DNA of 64,000 nt from Candidatus Zixiibacteriota bacterium (GTDB taxonomy: Bacteria; Zixibacteria; MSB-5A5; UBA10806; 4484-95). Positions within the stretch are counted from its first letter, which is position 1. Each line of letters begins with the position of its first letter. Location: positions 57,059 through 121,058 of the forward strand of contig JAOZPT010000001.1 in the NCBI GenBank assembly GCA_029932605.1, read 5' to 3'. Below the pieces are notes generated by a model. The model saw only the letters and a list, made by a program, of their open reading frames with translations. It was not told the origin of the DNA and made no database searches. The position numbers and the translations under genes were made by a program. This document shows, one piece after another, positions 20,783 through 31,851 of this stretch.

Positions 20783-22163
20783 ACTTATGAAAATAACCAG
20801 TCTTGAGGTGCGAGAGGCTTTGGGTGTTGAGCCCTTACGGGCAAATACCAACAATGGGTTGCCGGCTGAGTTGGTTGATGAGATTTCCTTTAATGGCGTG
20901 TCCACTGATAGTAGAACGGTTAATGAAGGCGACCTCTTTTTTGCCCTTATAGGTGAAAGGTTCGATGGACATAGTTTTGTCGAAGATGCTCTAACGAAGG
21001 GCGCTGTTGGGGTTGTGATAAGCAAAGACATCCACCCCTCCAGGGGTATCGTTTTTAAGGTAAAGGATACGCTTAAGGCTTTAGGCGAACTGGCTAAATC
21101 CTACAGACGTAAGTTTGATATCCGGTGTGTTGCCATTACCGGTTCTAATGGCAAGACCACCACTAAAGAGATTCTGGCAACCTGTTTGGAAACATGTTTT
21201 CATACTCTAAAGACAACGGGCAATTTTAACAACTTAATTGGACTGCCATTATCGCTTTTCAACCTTGATGACGAATATAAAGCTGGGGTTTTTGAACTGG
21301 CTATGAGTGCGCCGATGGAGATAGCACGCCTGGCTGAAATCTGCCAACCTCAAGTGGGAGTTTTTACTAATATAGCCCCTGTTCATCTTAAGACAATGAA
21401 GTCTATAAAAGATATTGCAAAAGCTAAATTTGAGCTTGTGGAAAGTTTGCCGCATGATGGGGTTGTGGTTTTAAATGCAGATGATAAGTATCTGGCAGGT
21501 TGGCGAAATTTGATAACACAAAAAGTGATAAAATACAGCCTGGAAAATGAGGCTGATTTCCGTGTGGAATCTGTTGAAAGTTCTTCTGGTGGTGCAAGTT
21601 TATTTAAGTTGAAAGGGGTTAAATATAAAATCAATCTCCCCGGGATACATAATATCTATAATGCTGTTGCCGCTATAGCTACTGCATCATATTTTGGATG
21701 TGACCTCCATAGATTAGTTGAGCCAATAGCCAATGTTAAAGCATACCATCTACGGTCAGAGGTCTTTGAAAGCTCGGGGGTTATTTTTATTAACGATTGT
21801 TATAATGCCAACCCGGTTTCGATGCGATTAGCTGTTGATACACTTGTAAATTACCCTGCAAGGGGAAGGAAAATAGTAGTATTTGGCGATATGCTTGAGC
21901 TGGGAGATGATGAAAAAGATTTTCATGTAGAGGTGGGTGAATATTTGAATTTTAAAAATATCGATGTCCTTTTTGCATTTGGTAACCTTGCCCGTTATTA
22001 CCTTGAGGGATTTAAGGGTGGCTTGGGGAAACATTTTAGAGAAAAGGTGAAACTGGCTGAAAGCCTTAAAAGTTTTTTGCGTGCTGGTGATGTTGTCCTT
22101 GTTAAAGGTTCAAGGGCAATGGCTTTGGAAGAGATTAGCGAGATGTTTAAGGAGAAAAGCTGA
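20769..22163 (+). CDS. murF: UDP-MurNAc-pentapeptide synthetase
   Basis: STDSR, GERFDGH, ITGSNGKTTTKE, NFNNLIGLP, NDCYNANP.SM, GDMLELG and KGSR. Alternative start at 20787. Confidence 0.96.
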   Translation: MRVLELMKITSLEVREALGVEPLRANTNNGLPAELVDEISFNGVSTDSRTVNEGDLFFALIGERFDGHSFVEDALTKGAVGVVISKDIHPSRGIVFKVKDTLKALGELAKSYRRKFDIRCVAITGSNGKTTTKEILATCLETCFHTLKTTGNFNNLIGLPLSLFNLDDEYKAGVFELAMSAPMEIARLAEICQPQVGVFTNIAPVHLKTMKSIKDIAKAKFELVESLPHDGVVVLNADDKYLAGWRNLITQKVIKYSLENEADFRVESVESSSGGASLFKLKGVKYKINLPGIHNIYNAVAAIATASYFGCDLHRLVEPIANVKAYHLRSEVFESSGVIFINDCYNANPVSMRLAVDTLVNYPARGRKIVVFGDMLELGDDEKDFHVEVGEYLNFKNIDVLFAFGNLARYYLEGFKGGLGKHFREKVKLAESLKSFLRAGDVVLVKGSRAMALEEISEMFKEKS

Positions 22164-23248
22164 TGCTTTATCATCTGCTCTATCCATTAATAGAATATTT
22201 CAGCGGATTTAATATTTTTAAATATATAACTTTCCGCACAGCATATGCCACTATTACAGCTATGCTGATTAGCTTCGTTTTCGGAAGCATGTTTATTCGG
22301 TATTTGAAGCGAAAACAGGTGCAAGAGAAAATCCGTGAAGATGGACCTAAAACTCATTTTGCTAAAGAAGGTACCCCGACGATGGGCGGTCTTTTGATTT
22401 TAATATCTATCTTGGTTCCGACATTGTTATGGGCTGACCTGACAAACACTTATATTCTTCTGATTCTTTTTGTGACGGTATGGATGGGACTTCTTGGTTT
22501 TCTGGATGATTATCTTAAAGCGGTTAAGAACCAAAAGAAAGGAATAGTGGCAAGAAAGAAATTTGTTGGACAGATATTGCTGGGATTAATATTGGGAGCT
22601 ATTCTTTATTTTAAACCTCCTGACCCCATGTTCACCACAGCTACCGGCTTACCGTTTTTTAAGAATCTTTATTTGGATTTTGGCTTGTTGTATATCCCCT
22701 TTGTTGTTGTGGTGATTACCGGTTCATCCAATGCTGTAAATCTTACTGATGGTCTTGACGGTTTGGCCATTGGTCTGGTGGGGATATGCGCCCTTGGCTT
22801 TGCCGGCTTATCATACATTACGGGACGTGTCGATTTTACCAGTTATCTTGATATCGAATATTTCAAGGGGGCTGGGGAGTTAACTATTTATTGCGGTGCT
22901 CTGGTAGGTGCCTGTCTTGGGTTTTTGTGGTTCAACTCAAACCCGGCACAGGTTTTTATGGGAGACACCGGTGCGCTTGCTCTTGGGGGTGCTTTAGGCG
23001 CAATTGCTCTTTTGCTGAAAAAAGAGATAATTCTGGTAATCATAGGGGGTGTGTTTGTAGCTGAGGCGATTTCGGTAATCATTCAGGTGCTGTATTTCAA
23101 GTTGACCGGTAAACGGGTATTCAAAATGGCGCCGTTACATCATCATTTTGAATTGTGCGGATGGCCCGAACATAAGGTGACCGTTCGTTTATGGATAGTG
23201 GGTGTGATATTTGCCTTGATCAGCTTGAGCACGTTGAAGATAAGATGA
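22163..23248 (+). CDS. mraY: Phospho-N-acetylmuramoyl-pentapeptide transferase
   Basis: KEGTPTMGG, GFLDDY, SNAVNLTDGLDGL, FMGDTG and MAPLHHHFE motifs. Confidence 0.98.
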   Translation: MLYHLLYPLIEYFSGFNIFKYITFRTAYATITAMLISFVFGSMFIRYLKRKQVQEKIREDGPKTHFAKEGTPTMGGLLILISILVPTLLWADLTNTYILLILFVTVWMGLLGFLDDYLKAVKNQKKGIVARKKFVGQILLGLILGAILYFKPPDPMFTTATGLPFFKNLYLDFGLLYIPFVVVVITGSSNAVNLTDGLDGLAIGLVGICALGFAGLSYITGRVDFTSYLDIEYFKGAGELTIYCGALVGACLGFLWFNSNPAQVFMGDTGALALGGALGAIALLLKKEIILVIIGGVFVAEAISVIIQVLYFKLTGKRVFKMAPLHHHFELCGWPEHKVTVRLWIVGVIFALISLSTLKIR

Positions 23249-24609
23249 TAAAATTTGAGGGGAAAAAGGTGAGTGTTATCGGGGCGGCTCGCTCAGGGTT
23301 AGCCTCGGCGGTAGCATTAAAAGAGCTGGGTGCAAGAGTATTTTTATCGGAGTTAAAGGATACAGGTGATTATGGCGAGATGGTCAGGATTCTCAAATAC
23401 CGCGATATAAAATTTGAATTCGGTAAGCACAGCGATGATGTGTTCGATTGCCAGCTTATGGTGACAAGTCCGGGAGTACCATTCGATGCAGAGGTTTTAA
23501 ACCGCGCCCGTGAGAAAAATATCAAAATCATTTCCGAGTTGGAACTTGGGTTTTTGCTTTGCCCGGGTAAGATAATAGCTATCACAGGTTCCAATGGAAA
23601 AACTACAACCACTTCCCTTATAGGGGAGATATTTTCGCATTCGGGAATAAAGTACCGGGTTGCGGGCAATATCGGAAAACCATTTGTCGCTATCGCTGCT
23701 AATGTTAGCCATGACGGTTGGGCTATACTTGAGGTGTCAACGTTCCAGCTTGAGTGGATAGACAGATTCAAACCCAAGGTGGCAGCGGTGCTGAATATCA
23801 CCCCGGACCATCTCGATCGACATCGCAGTATGGAAAATTATATTGCATTGAAGTTCAAGGTTTTTTCAAATCAGAACGGTACAGATCTGGCAGTTTTAAA
23901 TGCGGATGATAAAAATTTGCAGAATTATAAACCGGTATCAGAGGTATTGCGTTTTTCTGTCTCCGGCGAAGTTGAAAATGGGTGTTATGTTGAGAAAGGC
24001 GCACTGTTTTTGAATAGACATGGTCATAAAAAGGTCATAACCAGCGTTGATAAGATTAGTATTAAAGGGCTGCATAATCTTTCTAACGCCTGCGCTGCGG
24101 CAGCATGTTCTTCTGTAGCTGGTGTCGATACCGAGTCTATTGCTGCCGGTTTGAGGTCTTTTAAGGGAGTGGAACACCGGCTGGAGGAGGTGGGGCTCAT
24201 TGGAGGGGTGAGCTTCATTAATGACTCAAAAGCAACTAATGTAGATGCTGTTTATCAGGCGCTTCAGTCGGTGTCCCCTCCTGTTGTTTTGATTGCTGGA
24301 GGGTTATACAAAGGCGGTGATTTTTCCATCTTGAATGATTTGGTGAAAAAATATGTAAAGGGTATTGTTTTAATTGGAGAAGCCTCTGGTATAATCGCAG
24401 ATACATTTGAGAGTATCACACATCTCTACAATGCAGGTTCGCTTGAAGAGGCGGTTAGGACAGCTTATGAGGTTGCCGGGTCGGAGGGGACGGTGTTGCT
24501 ATCACCCGGTTGCGCCAGTTTCGATATGTTTGAGAATTTTGAACACAGGGGACATATGTTCAAGCTGGCTGTAAATAAACTGGAAACGGAAGTTGGGTCA
24601 GCATGTTGA
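23245..24609 (+). CDS. murD: UDP-MurNAc-L-Ala:D-Glu ligase
   Basis: GAARSG, SPGVP, ITGSNGKTTT, EVSTFQL, DHLDRH, NDSKATN and LLSPGCASFD. Start at ATG 23245 (ATGA overlap with mraY). Confidence 0.97.
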   Translation: MIKFEGKKVSVIGAARSGLASAVALKELGARVFLSELKDTGDYGEMVRILKYRDIKFEFGKHSDDVFDCQLMVTSPGVPFDAEVLNRAREKNIKIISELELGFLLCPGKIIAITGSNGKTTTTSLIGEIFSHSGIKYRVAGNIGKPFVAIAANVSHDGWAILEVSTFQLEWIDRFKPKVAAVLNITPDHLDRHRSMENYIALKFKVFSNQNGTDLAVLNADDKNLQNYKPVSEVLRFSVSGEVENGCYVEKGALFLNRHGHKKVITSVDKISIKGLHNLSNACAAAACSSVAGVDTESIAAGLRSFKGVEHRLEEVGLIGGVSFINDSKATNVDAVYQALQSVSPPVVLIAGGLYKGGDFSILNDLVKKYVKGIVLIGEASGIIADTFESITHLYNAGSLEEAVRTAYEVAGSEGTVLLSPGCASFDMFENFEHRGHMFKLAVNKLETEVGSAC

Positions 24610-25736
24610 AATCGCCAGAAAAAGCAATAATGATTTCTGTTGTTTTGCTGATGGCAACCGGTTTGGTGTTTATATACAGTGTCTCGGGACCATATAGCCA
24701 ATCTAAGGGGCTTTCGGTTTGGTATTATTTTTTACGACAGGGAATCTGGGCAGGTTTGGCACTGGTCGTTTTGTTTATATGTTCTACTTTAAACTATCGC
24801 AAGTTCTTGAGATTGTCGCCCGTGTTTTTAGTCGGTTCGTTATTGTTGTTGTTAGTGGTTCTGTTTACACCGGCAATAAATAATGTACACCGCTGGTTGA
24901 GGTTTGGTTTTTTGTGGGTTCAACCGTCGGAAATTTTCAAAATTTCGCTTTTAATGTATTTAGCTTACTCTTTTGGTAATAAAAAAATGAATCTGAAAGA
25001 CGGAAAAAAGTTGTGGCCAAAACTTGTGATTATCGGTATCGGTCTTCTTTTAATAGCCAAAGAGCCTGATTTAGGTACTATGATGTTAGTGTTTTTGACG
25101 ACCGCTTTGGTTTTGTTTATAGCCGGGATTGATATCAGGTACCTTTTGGTTGCAGGTGTAATGGTTATGGTTATAGGATGTGTTATGGTTTTTGGTTTTG
25201 GTTATGAAAAAGATCGACTCAATGATTATATTTCCTCATTGAAGGATCCACTTAGGACTGATATCCCCGCTTCTCGATCTGGGGGATACTACCAGACCCG
25301 TCAGTCCCTCATAAGTATTGGCTCAGGTGGTTTAGCTGGCAGAGGGTTAGGCGGTGGTTGTCAGAAAAACCTTTTTCTTCCTGCTCCCCATACCGATTTC
25401 ATATTGTCCGCCTCAGCCGAGGAGGGTGGATTTCTATTTTGCTTATATTTATTAAGTTTAATGTTAATTTTTTCAATGGGAACCCTTAAAATAGCAACCA
25501 TGGCAGTAGACCTGGAGGGATTTTTACTGGCGGCTGGTTTGGGAAGTATTATAACCTTTCAGGCGGTTATTAACATAGGTGTCGCATTGGGACTGTTGCC
25601 GATTACCGGTATGACCTTACCATTTTTCAGCTATGGTGGGTCATCTTTAGTAATCTGCAGTGCCGCCACCGGTATGATTCTGTCGGTTGCTCGTTATGGT
25701 AGAATTCCGAAGGTGAGGTTTATAAAAGCGCTATGA
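24603..25736 (+). CDS. ftsW: SEDS peptidoglycan polymerase FtsW
   Basis: RW...G...QPSE..K, EPDLGT, LPAPHTDFI, LPITGMTLPFFSYGGSS. Confidence 0.95.
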   Translation: MLKSPEKAIMISVVLLMATGLVFIYSVSGPYSQSKGLSVWYYFLRQGIWAGLALVVLFICSTLNYRKFLRLSPVFLVGSLLLLLVVLFTPAINNVHRWLRFGFLWVQPSEIFKISLLMYLAYSFGNKKMNLKDGKKLWPKLVIIGIGLLLIAKEPDLGTMMLVFLTTALVLFIAGIDIRYLLVAGVMVMVIGCVMVFGFGYEKDRLNDYISSLKDPLRTDIPASRSGGYYQTRQSLISIGSGGLAGRGLGGGCQKNLFLPAPHTDFILSASAEEGGFLFCLYLLSLMLIFSMGTLKIATMAVDLEGFLLAAGLGSIITFQAVINIGVALGLLPITGMTLPFFSYGGSSLVICSAATGMILSVARYGRIPKVRFIKAL

Positions 25737-26824
25737 GAATTTTATTTGCAGGTGGGGGGACCGGCGGTCATTTGGTACCAGCTATAAATATTGCCAACGC
25801 CCTGAAAGACAAACTCGAGGATGTACAATTTCTGTTTGTTGGAATTAAAGGTGGTATGGAAAAACCCCTGTTAGCAAAAAGTGGTTTTCCAACCGAGGAG
25901 ATAGAGGTTGTAGGATTAAAAAGAAATTTTTCGGGGATGTTGGATTTTTCCAAAAAGATTATGCGAGCTTATGCCCAATCTGATAAGCTGGTTCGTGGTT
26001 TTGGGCCGGAGATAGTTGTTGGCACGGGGGGTTATCTTTCTGCACCGGTGGTGCTTGCTGGTAAAAGGCGTAGAGCTCGCATACTTATCCAGGAACAGAA
26101 TATCTTTCCCGGTTTGGCAACGAGATTTTTAGCTCGTTTCGCCGATAAAATCTGTTTGGCATTTGAAAGTTCAAAAAAGTACTTTCATGGTATCAGGAAT
26201 ATTGTGGTCACCGGCAATCCTCTTAGAGATGATTTAAAACTGCCTAAGGGTAATGGTTTCCTTAATGAGTTTGGTTTGCAATCGGGTAAAAAGGTGTTAC
26301 TTATAACCGGCGGAAGCCGTGGAGCGCATTCGATAAACAAAGGTATTGCCGGTTTTCTTAAAAAGGGGCTTTTGCCTCCGGACTGGCAAGTTCTCTGGCA
26401 AACTGGCAGTGTCAAATTTGATGAGACTGCGAATATGGTTAAAGATATAGATTTTGCTGGCCGCTTAGTACCATTTATTGAGTTGATGCCCAAGGCTTAT
26501 GCCATATCCGACCTTGTTGTATGCCGGGCTGGAGCGATGACATCATCAGAGTTATTAGCGCTGGGCCTTCCGGCTATTCTTGTGCCATATCCACATGCAG
26601 CGGGTAACCATCAGATGAGAAATGCTCTTGATTTAAAGAACAAGGGTGCGGTAGAGGTGATTGCCGATTCGAAATTGCAATCTGATGAATTTGCCAATTT
26701 GTTGAGGGGTCTTTTAAATGATGAGTCAAGGCGCGATAAACTGGCCTTAAAAGCGTGTTCGCTGGGCAATACAAGCGGCACCGAGGCAATTACCAAGGAG
26801 ATTATTAAGCTATATGAAGTTTAA
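25733..26824 (+). CDS. murG: Undecaprenyl-PP-MurNAc-pentapeptide GlcNAc transferase
   Basis: GGGTGGH, TGGY, EQN, GNP.R, GGSRGA, RAGA.T..E and HQ.RNA motifs. Confidence 0.97.
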   Translation: MRILFAGGGTGGHLVPAINIANALKDKLEDVQFLFVGIKGGMEKPLLAKSGFPTEEIEVVGLKRNFSGMLDFSKKIMRAYAQSDKLVRGFGPEIVVGTGGYLSAPVVLAGKRRRARILIQEQNIFPGLATRFLARFADKICLAFESSKKYFHGIRNIVVTGNPLRDDLKLPKGNGFLNEFGLQSGKKVLLITGGSRGAHSINKGIAGFLKKGLLPPDWQVLWQTGSVKFDETANMVKDIDFAGRLVPFIELMPKAYAISDLVVCRAGAMTSSELLALGLPAILVPYPHAAGNHQMRNALDLKNKGAVEVIADSKLQSDEFANLLRGLLNDESRRDKLALKACSLGNTSGTEAITKEIIKLYEV

Positions 26825-28199
26825 GCGGATAAAGAAGCTTCATTTTGTGGGCATTGGTGGAACAGGAATGTGTGGAATTGCCGAAGTGCTTTTCAATCTT
26901 GGTTATTCGATATCCGGCTCGGATTTAAAGAAAACCGAAGTAACACAACACTTGGAAAGTCTGGGAATCAACATAAATTACTTTCATAAGGAAGAAAATA
27001 TTAAAGATGCTGACGTTGTTGTTTATTCCTCGGCGATAAAGCCTGACAATCCCGAGTTAATCGTTGCTACGGCAAAAAAAATCCCTATTATCCCACGAGC
27101 TGAAATGCTGGCCGAGCTGATGAAATTGAAATTTTCGATAGCTGTGGCCGGCACTCATGGTAAAACAACGACCACTTCTCTTATAGGGCATGTATTAAGT
27201 AAATGCGGTTTTGACCCTACCGTTATTGTTGGTGGACGGGTTCTGGGTGTGGGAACGAATGCTTATCTTGGCAAAGGTGATTATGTAGTAGCTGAAGCTG
27301 ATGAGTTTGACCGCTCACTTTTACGTTTTTATCCAACTATGGCGATTATCACCTCGATTGAACCGGAGCATATGGAATGTTATGATAGTATTGATGATCT
27401 GTATAATTGTTTTGTCGAGTTTGCTTCGAGAGTGCCGTTTTATGGTAGCATTATCTATTGTCTGGATGATTCCGGCCTTCAGCAGGTAAGAGAACGTTTC
27501 ACCAGGCCAAGTATATCCTATGGTTTCTCCCGTCATGCTGATTTACATGCCGGAGAGCTGTCTTATTCGTCGGGTGGTATATCTTTTGTCTGTTATTCAA
27601 ACAACAATACCCTGGGAAGGGTTAGGGTCCCTCTTTACGGTAAACATAACGTTTTAAACTCCCTGGCTGTTTTGGCCGTGGCGTTAGACCTTGAGATACC
27701 ATTTGAGAAAGCAACATCTGCGCTTGCATCTTTCCCGGGCGTGAGCAGGCGGATGGAGCTTGTGGGCCAGGTTGATGGTGTTAAAGTGTATGATGATTTT
27801 GCACACCATCCTACCGAGATAAAGATTACCCTCGAAGGTGTGCGCAATAGTTTTACTGGTAGAATTGTGGTTGTTTTTCAACCGCATCTTTACTCGCGCA
27901 CTAAAACTTTTTATAAAGAATTCGGTTCTTCTTTCTTTGATTCTGATATGCTTATCGTAACGGACATTTATCCCTCGCGTGAAAAACCAATCCAAAACGT
28001 TACCGGTGAGCTTGTAGCAGAAGCGGCTAAAAAGTCGGGACATAAACAGGTAGAATATATAAAGGATAAAAGCAAAATCGCTGGTTTTCTAAAGGAGAAA
28101 TTAAAAGCAGGTGATCTGGTGCTGGTTATGGGGGCAGGAGATATATATCATCTATCGCCACAGATAATAAAAGAAATCGAGGTTGGAAAGAGAAGATGA
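26814..28199 (+). CDS. murC: UDP-MurNAc:L-Ala ligase
   Basis: GIGGTGM, RAEMLAELM, GTHGKTTTT, EADEFD, DDFAHHPTEI and FQPHLYSRT. Confidence 0.97.
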   Translation: MKFKRIKKLHFVGIGGTGMCGIAEVLFNLGYSISGSDLKKTEVTQHLESLGININYFHKEENIKDADVVVYSSAIKPDNPELIVATAKKIPIIPRAEMLAELMKLKFSIAVAGTHGKTTTTSLIGHVLSKCGFDPTVIVGGRVLGVGTNAYLGKGDYVVAEADEFDRSLLRFYPTMAIITSIEPEHMECYDSIDDLYNCFVEFASRVPFYGSIIYCLDDSGLQQVRERFTRPSISYGFSRHADLHAGELSYSSGGISFVCYSNNNTLGRVRVPLYGKHNVLNSLAVLAVALDLEIPFEKATSALASFPGVSRRMELVGQVDGVKVYDDFAHHPTEIKITLEGVRNSFTGRIVVVFQPHLYSRTKTFYKEFGSSFFDSDMLIVTDIYPSREKPIQNVTGELVAEAAKKSGHKQVEYIKDKSKIAGFLKEKLKAGDLVLVMGAGDIYHLSPQIIKEIEVGKRR

Positions 28200-28936
28200 A
28201 AAAACTTCTGGGTGCATTTATCATAGTTTCATTGGCTGTTGTCACCGGTCGGTACGTATATCTTGAATTGAGTCGGTTACCGTTTTTTAATTTATCTGAG
28301 GTTGAAATAAAATGTCCTGAAAATATTGACCGGGGCGATGTATTGGAGATATCCGGATTGAAGATTGGTGAGTCGATTTTTTATCAGGACCTTAATAAAG
28401 CTACTGATTCACTTCTGGAGATAAGGGGAGTGCAATCAGTTAAGATTAGAAGATTATTACCGGCGTCGATAAGGATAAATCTTGAAACGGATGAGTTAGT
28501 TCTTTTTGTTAAAACCGACAAAATATACGGTTTGACAAAAAGCCAGAAACTTTTAAGAGTAGCAAATCCTAAGAATATTCTTCCAGTGGTGACAGGACTT
28601 AGTGTTGTGAAATCACAGAATGTTCGGGATGGTAATATAAAATCAAACATGCTTGACTATTTTGATAAGGTTAAGCTCTGTTATGCTATAGATGTTTACG
28701 AAGAGATGAGGATGTTATCCGAAAATCTGGCAAATCGGCTATCGGAAATTCACTTTACAGGTTCCGACCGGATTGTTTTGTATTTCGATCCGGGTGGCGT
28801 GAAGGTTTTACTTCCCTTACAGGGTCGACGGAAAGCACTCTCCAGGCTTTCGGTATTAGATTTCAATGGAATTCTGGGCAATTCCGGTTCATTTGATATG
28901 ACAGGGGGCAGGATGGTTGTCAGAAGAAGGATTTGA
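28196..28936 (+). CDS. ftsQ: Cell division protein FtsQ/DivIB (TM + POTRA)
   Basis: Single N-terminal TM and a POTRA-like segment (V.SV.IRR.LP..I.I); located directly before ftsA. Confidence 0.8.
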   Translation: MKKLLGAFIIVSLAVVTGRYVYLELSRLPFFNLSEVEIKCPENIDRGDVLEISGLKIGESIFYQDLNKATDSLLEIRGVQSVKIRRLLPASIRINLETDELVLFVKTDKIYGLTKSQKLLRVANPKNILPVVTGLSVVKSQNVRDGNIKSNMLDYFDKVKLCYAIDVYEEMRMLSENLANRLSEIHFTGSDRIVLYFDPGGVKVLLPLQGRRKALSRLSVLDFNGILGNSGSFDMTGGRMVVRRRI

Positions 28937-28938
28937 GC

Positions 28939-30168
28939 ATGTCTAAGGATAATCATATAGTTGGTCTTGATGTAGGTTGTTCGAAGGTGGCGGTAGTGGT
29001 AGCCGAACCGGGTGATAATGGTGGTTTGAGACTTTTAGGTATCGGGAAAGCTCCGACCGAGGGTTTGAAACGTGGTATAGTAGTGGATCTGGAGAAGATG
29101 GTTGGTTCTATTCATTCTGCTGTAACAGATGCCGAGATGGTTTCCGGTTGTAAGATAAATTCTGTGAATGCCTGTATATCTGGAGAGCATATTAAAAGTA
29201 TCAACAGCCGGGGAGTTATCGCTATTGGCAAAGGGTCCTCGGAGATAACAAGGTCGGAGGTTGAAAGGGTTATCGAAGCGGCTCGAGCTGTAGCTATTCC
29301 TGCCGACCGGGAGATAATTCATGTTTTGCCCCAGGAGTTTATCGTTGATGACCAAAATGGAATAGTTGACCCGATCGGGATGTCGGGCATTCGCCTTGAG
29401 GTAAGTGTTCATATGGTAACCGGTTCGGCAGCGGCTATTATGAATGTAGTCAAAGCAATCGAGAAGGCAGGTCTTGAGATAGAGGAGCTTATACTGGGGC
29501 CGCTTGCTGCCGCTTATGCTGTGTTGAATCCTGATGAGAGGGAACTTGGTTGTGTATTGATTGATATGGGAGCGGGAACAACCGGGATTGCAGCATTTTT
29601 AGATGGTGCAATTAAACATACAGCTGTACTTGGTATCGGTGGTAAAAACGTAACTAATGATATCGCAATTGGTTTGCGCACTCCTTTAGAACAGGCTGAG
29701 AGGATAAAATGCCAATATGGTTCTGCTCTTTCGACTATCGTTGCTTCCGACGAGTTAATTACCGTTCCCGGTGTAGTGGGACGCCAGTCAAAGGAGGTTT
29801 CACGCTCGGTTTTGGCAGCTATAGTTGAACCCAGGACAGAGGAGATTTTTTCGCTTGTGGCTCGGGAATTAAAGAAAGCAAACCTTGCGGAATCCTTGGC
29901 ATCAGGTATAGTACTAACAGGTGGTGCTTCACAACTTGAGGGTATCCCTGAACTTGCCGAGCAGTTATTCGACCTTCCCGCAAAACTTGTCCGTCCAGAA
30001 TGTGTAATAGAAAGTGGCCAACAGTTACCCGGTCCCGAATTCACGGCCTCGGTTGGTCTGGTGAGATATGCTCTTATGAGTGAGCAACCCGTTAAAACCA
30101 GGGCTATCAAGAAGCGAGGTCTTAAGGTGTTTGAGAAAATAAAAAATATATTTTCTGAATATTTTTAA
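28939..30168 (+). CDS. ftsA: Cell division protein FtsA
   Basis: VGLDVG, G.KRG.VVD, DPIGMSG.RLE, IDMGAGTT, AERIK..YG and GIVLTGG. ATG at 28939 follows AAGGA; the track uses TTG at 28933. Confidence 0.97.
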   Translation: MSKDNHIVGLDVGCSKVAVVVAEPGDNGGLRLLGIGKAPTEGLKRGIVVDLEKMVGSIHSAVTDAEMVSGCKINSVNACISGEHIKSINSRGVIAIGKGSSEITRSEVERVIEAARAVAIPADREIIHVLPQEFIVDDQNGIVDPIGMSGIRLEVSVHMVTGSAAAIMNVVKAIEKAGLEIEELILGPLAAAYAVLNPDERELGCVLIDMGAGTTGIAAFLDGAIKHTAVLGIGGKNVTNDIAIGLRTPLEQAERIKCQYGSALSTIVASDELITVPGVVGRQSKEVSRSVLAAIVEPRTEEIFSLVARELKKANLAESLASGIVLTGGASQLEGIPELAEQLFDLPAKLVRPECVIESGQQLPGPEFTASVGLVRYALMSEQPVKTRAIKKRGLKVFEKIKNIFSEYF

Positions 30169-30202
30169 CTTCCTCTACTGGAGGGGATAGGAAGGAAGTA
30201 CC

Positions 30203-31402
30203 GTGATTGAATTAGATGTTGAAAGCGAGGCCTATGCAAGGATGAAAGTTATTGGCATAGGTGGTGGAGGTGGAAATGCTGTCAACCGCATGATCGAGGC
30301 TGGTCTGTTTGGAGTTAAGTTTGTCTCCATAAATACAGATCGCCAGGATCTTGATTTTAGCCGTGCGGACGACAAGGTTCAAATCGGTAAAAAGTTGACT
30401 AAAGGGCTTGGTGCAGGTGCTAATCCGGATATAGGAAAGATGGCAGCTGAGGAGGATATCGATAACATTAGAAAAGCTGTCAGCGGTGCCGACATGGTTT
30501 TTATAACATGTGGTATGGGCGGTGGTACCGGCACTGGCGCTGCACCCATCGTCTCTAAATGTACTCGGGAACAGGGTGCTCTTACAGTAGGCATAGTAAC
30601 CAAGCCATTTAATTTTGAGGGACCTAGGAGGATGTCTCAGGCTATGGCTGGTATCGCTAAGTTAAGGGAAAGTGTCGATACACTTATAATAATTCCCAAT
30701 CAGCGCCTGTTGCAAATCCTTGATCCTACAACCGCTTTTGAGGAGGCTTTTCGCAAAGCTGATGAGGTGCTGTATTCGGCCACCAAAGGTATCGCCGATT
30801 TGATAACTCGTCATGGCTTGATAAATTTAGATTTTGCGGATGTCAGGACTGTGATGTCTGAGAAAGGTGATGCCCTGATGGGCACCGGTTTCGGTTGTGG
30901 TGAGAGCGGCGCGGAGCTGGCTGCAAAAATGGCCATAAGTTCACCGCTGTTAGAAGACATCGATATCTCGGGAGCTAAAGGAGTGTTGGTTAATATCACC
31001 GGTGGCAAGAAAATAACTATCACAAATGTTAATGACGCCATGGAGGCTGTTTATGCGGCTGTTGGCGGTAATGCTAATATCATTTTCGGCGCCGTTATCG
31101 ATGACAACCTTGATGATGAAATTTACGTAACCGTTATCGCCACCGGATTTGGAAAAAAGGACGAGTTTATAACAAAGCAGGTTGTTCCGGGTGAGCTTTT
31201 CGCAGGCGAGAATGGAGGTCTTAAACCGCCCGTTAGTCGTAAGAGAAAACCAGCTAAATATCAAAGACCTATTTATAGGGAGATCGTTAACAACGACCGT
31301 TATCCTGAAAATATCGAAAAACCTACTTTTGAAAGGTTTCCCAAGACGGATCAGGTTGAGGAGAACTGGCACAAGGAGGATTTAAGCGACCAGCCAGAAT
31401 AA
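30203..31402 (+). CDS. ftsZ: Cell division protein FtsZ
   Basis: [16 protein letters not shown], tubulin signature [17 protein letters not shown] and VTVIATGF. Confidence 0.99.
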   Translation: MIELDVESEAYARMKVIGIGGGGGNAVNRMIEAGLFGVKFVSINTDRQDLDFSRADDKVQIGKKLTKGLGAGANPDIGKMAAEEDIDNIRKAVSGADMVFITCGMGGGTGTGAAPIVSKCTREQGALTVGIVTKPFNFEGPRRMSQAMAGIAKLRESVDTLIIIPNQRLLQILDPTTAFEEAFRKADEVLYSATKGIADLITRHGLINLDFADVRTVMSEKGDALMGTGFGCGESGAELAAKMAISSPLLEDIDISGAKGVLVNITGGKKITITNVNDAMEAVYAAVGGNANIIFGAVIDDNLDDEIYVTVIATGFGKKDEFITKQVVPGELFAGENGGLKPPVSRKRKPAKYQRPIYREIVNNDRYPENIEKPTFERFPKTDQVEENWHKEDLSDQPE

Positions 31403-31747
31403 CACATAAGCATGTTTCAGTATTTAAGTGAAGGGTTTCTGTTTAATTTAAATGTAATATACTATCGTAAAGGAAGTATAATCCATTAGAATTATAATGT
31501 GTTTTTGATCTTGTAAAAGAATTTAATTGTCAGCAACATAACGCTCCTACTCCTGTTATGTGTGATTCTTTAGCAAGATGCCCAAGCCACTTCTTAAAAT
31601 GAAAAAGTTTATGACCTATACAACCTAGATGAGGTGATATTTTAGTGTAATTGCCAGGGATGGTTTGAAATTTATTTTTGAGATTTAAGTTGATGTAGTA
31701 AGTTATATTTTTAGAATGTCAGGGAATGGATTCTTAGCAAATGAAAG

Positions 31748-31775
31748 GTAGGTGCGTATTGCTATACGCTCCTAC
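31748..31775. repeat. GTAG-type REP-like palindrome
   Basis: GTAGGTGCGTATTGCTATACGCTCCTAC, an imperfect palindrome matching the copy at 39752 at 24 of 28 positions. Confidence 0.7.
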
Positions 31776-31851
31776 AGTGTGAATGATTTTTATATAATCT
31801 TACCATGTCAACATCATTGATTTAATACTCATAAAGTTTTAAATTGTATTT

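Noticed and set aside
30169..30200. Hairpin between ftsA and ftsZ as a terminator
   Set aside because: Short stem, no U tract, and it overlaps the ftsZ RBS region.
31598..31645. Peptide NEKVYDLYNLDEVIF resembling the C-terminus of type IIG restriction-modification enzymes
   Set aside because: Only 15 codons bounded by stops; too short to support a pseudogene call.
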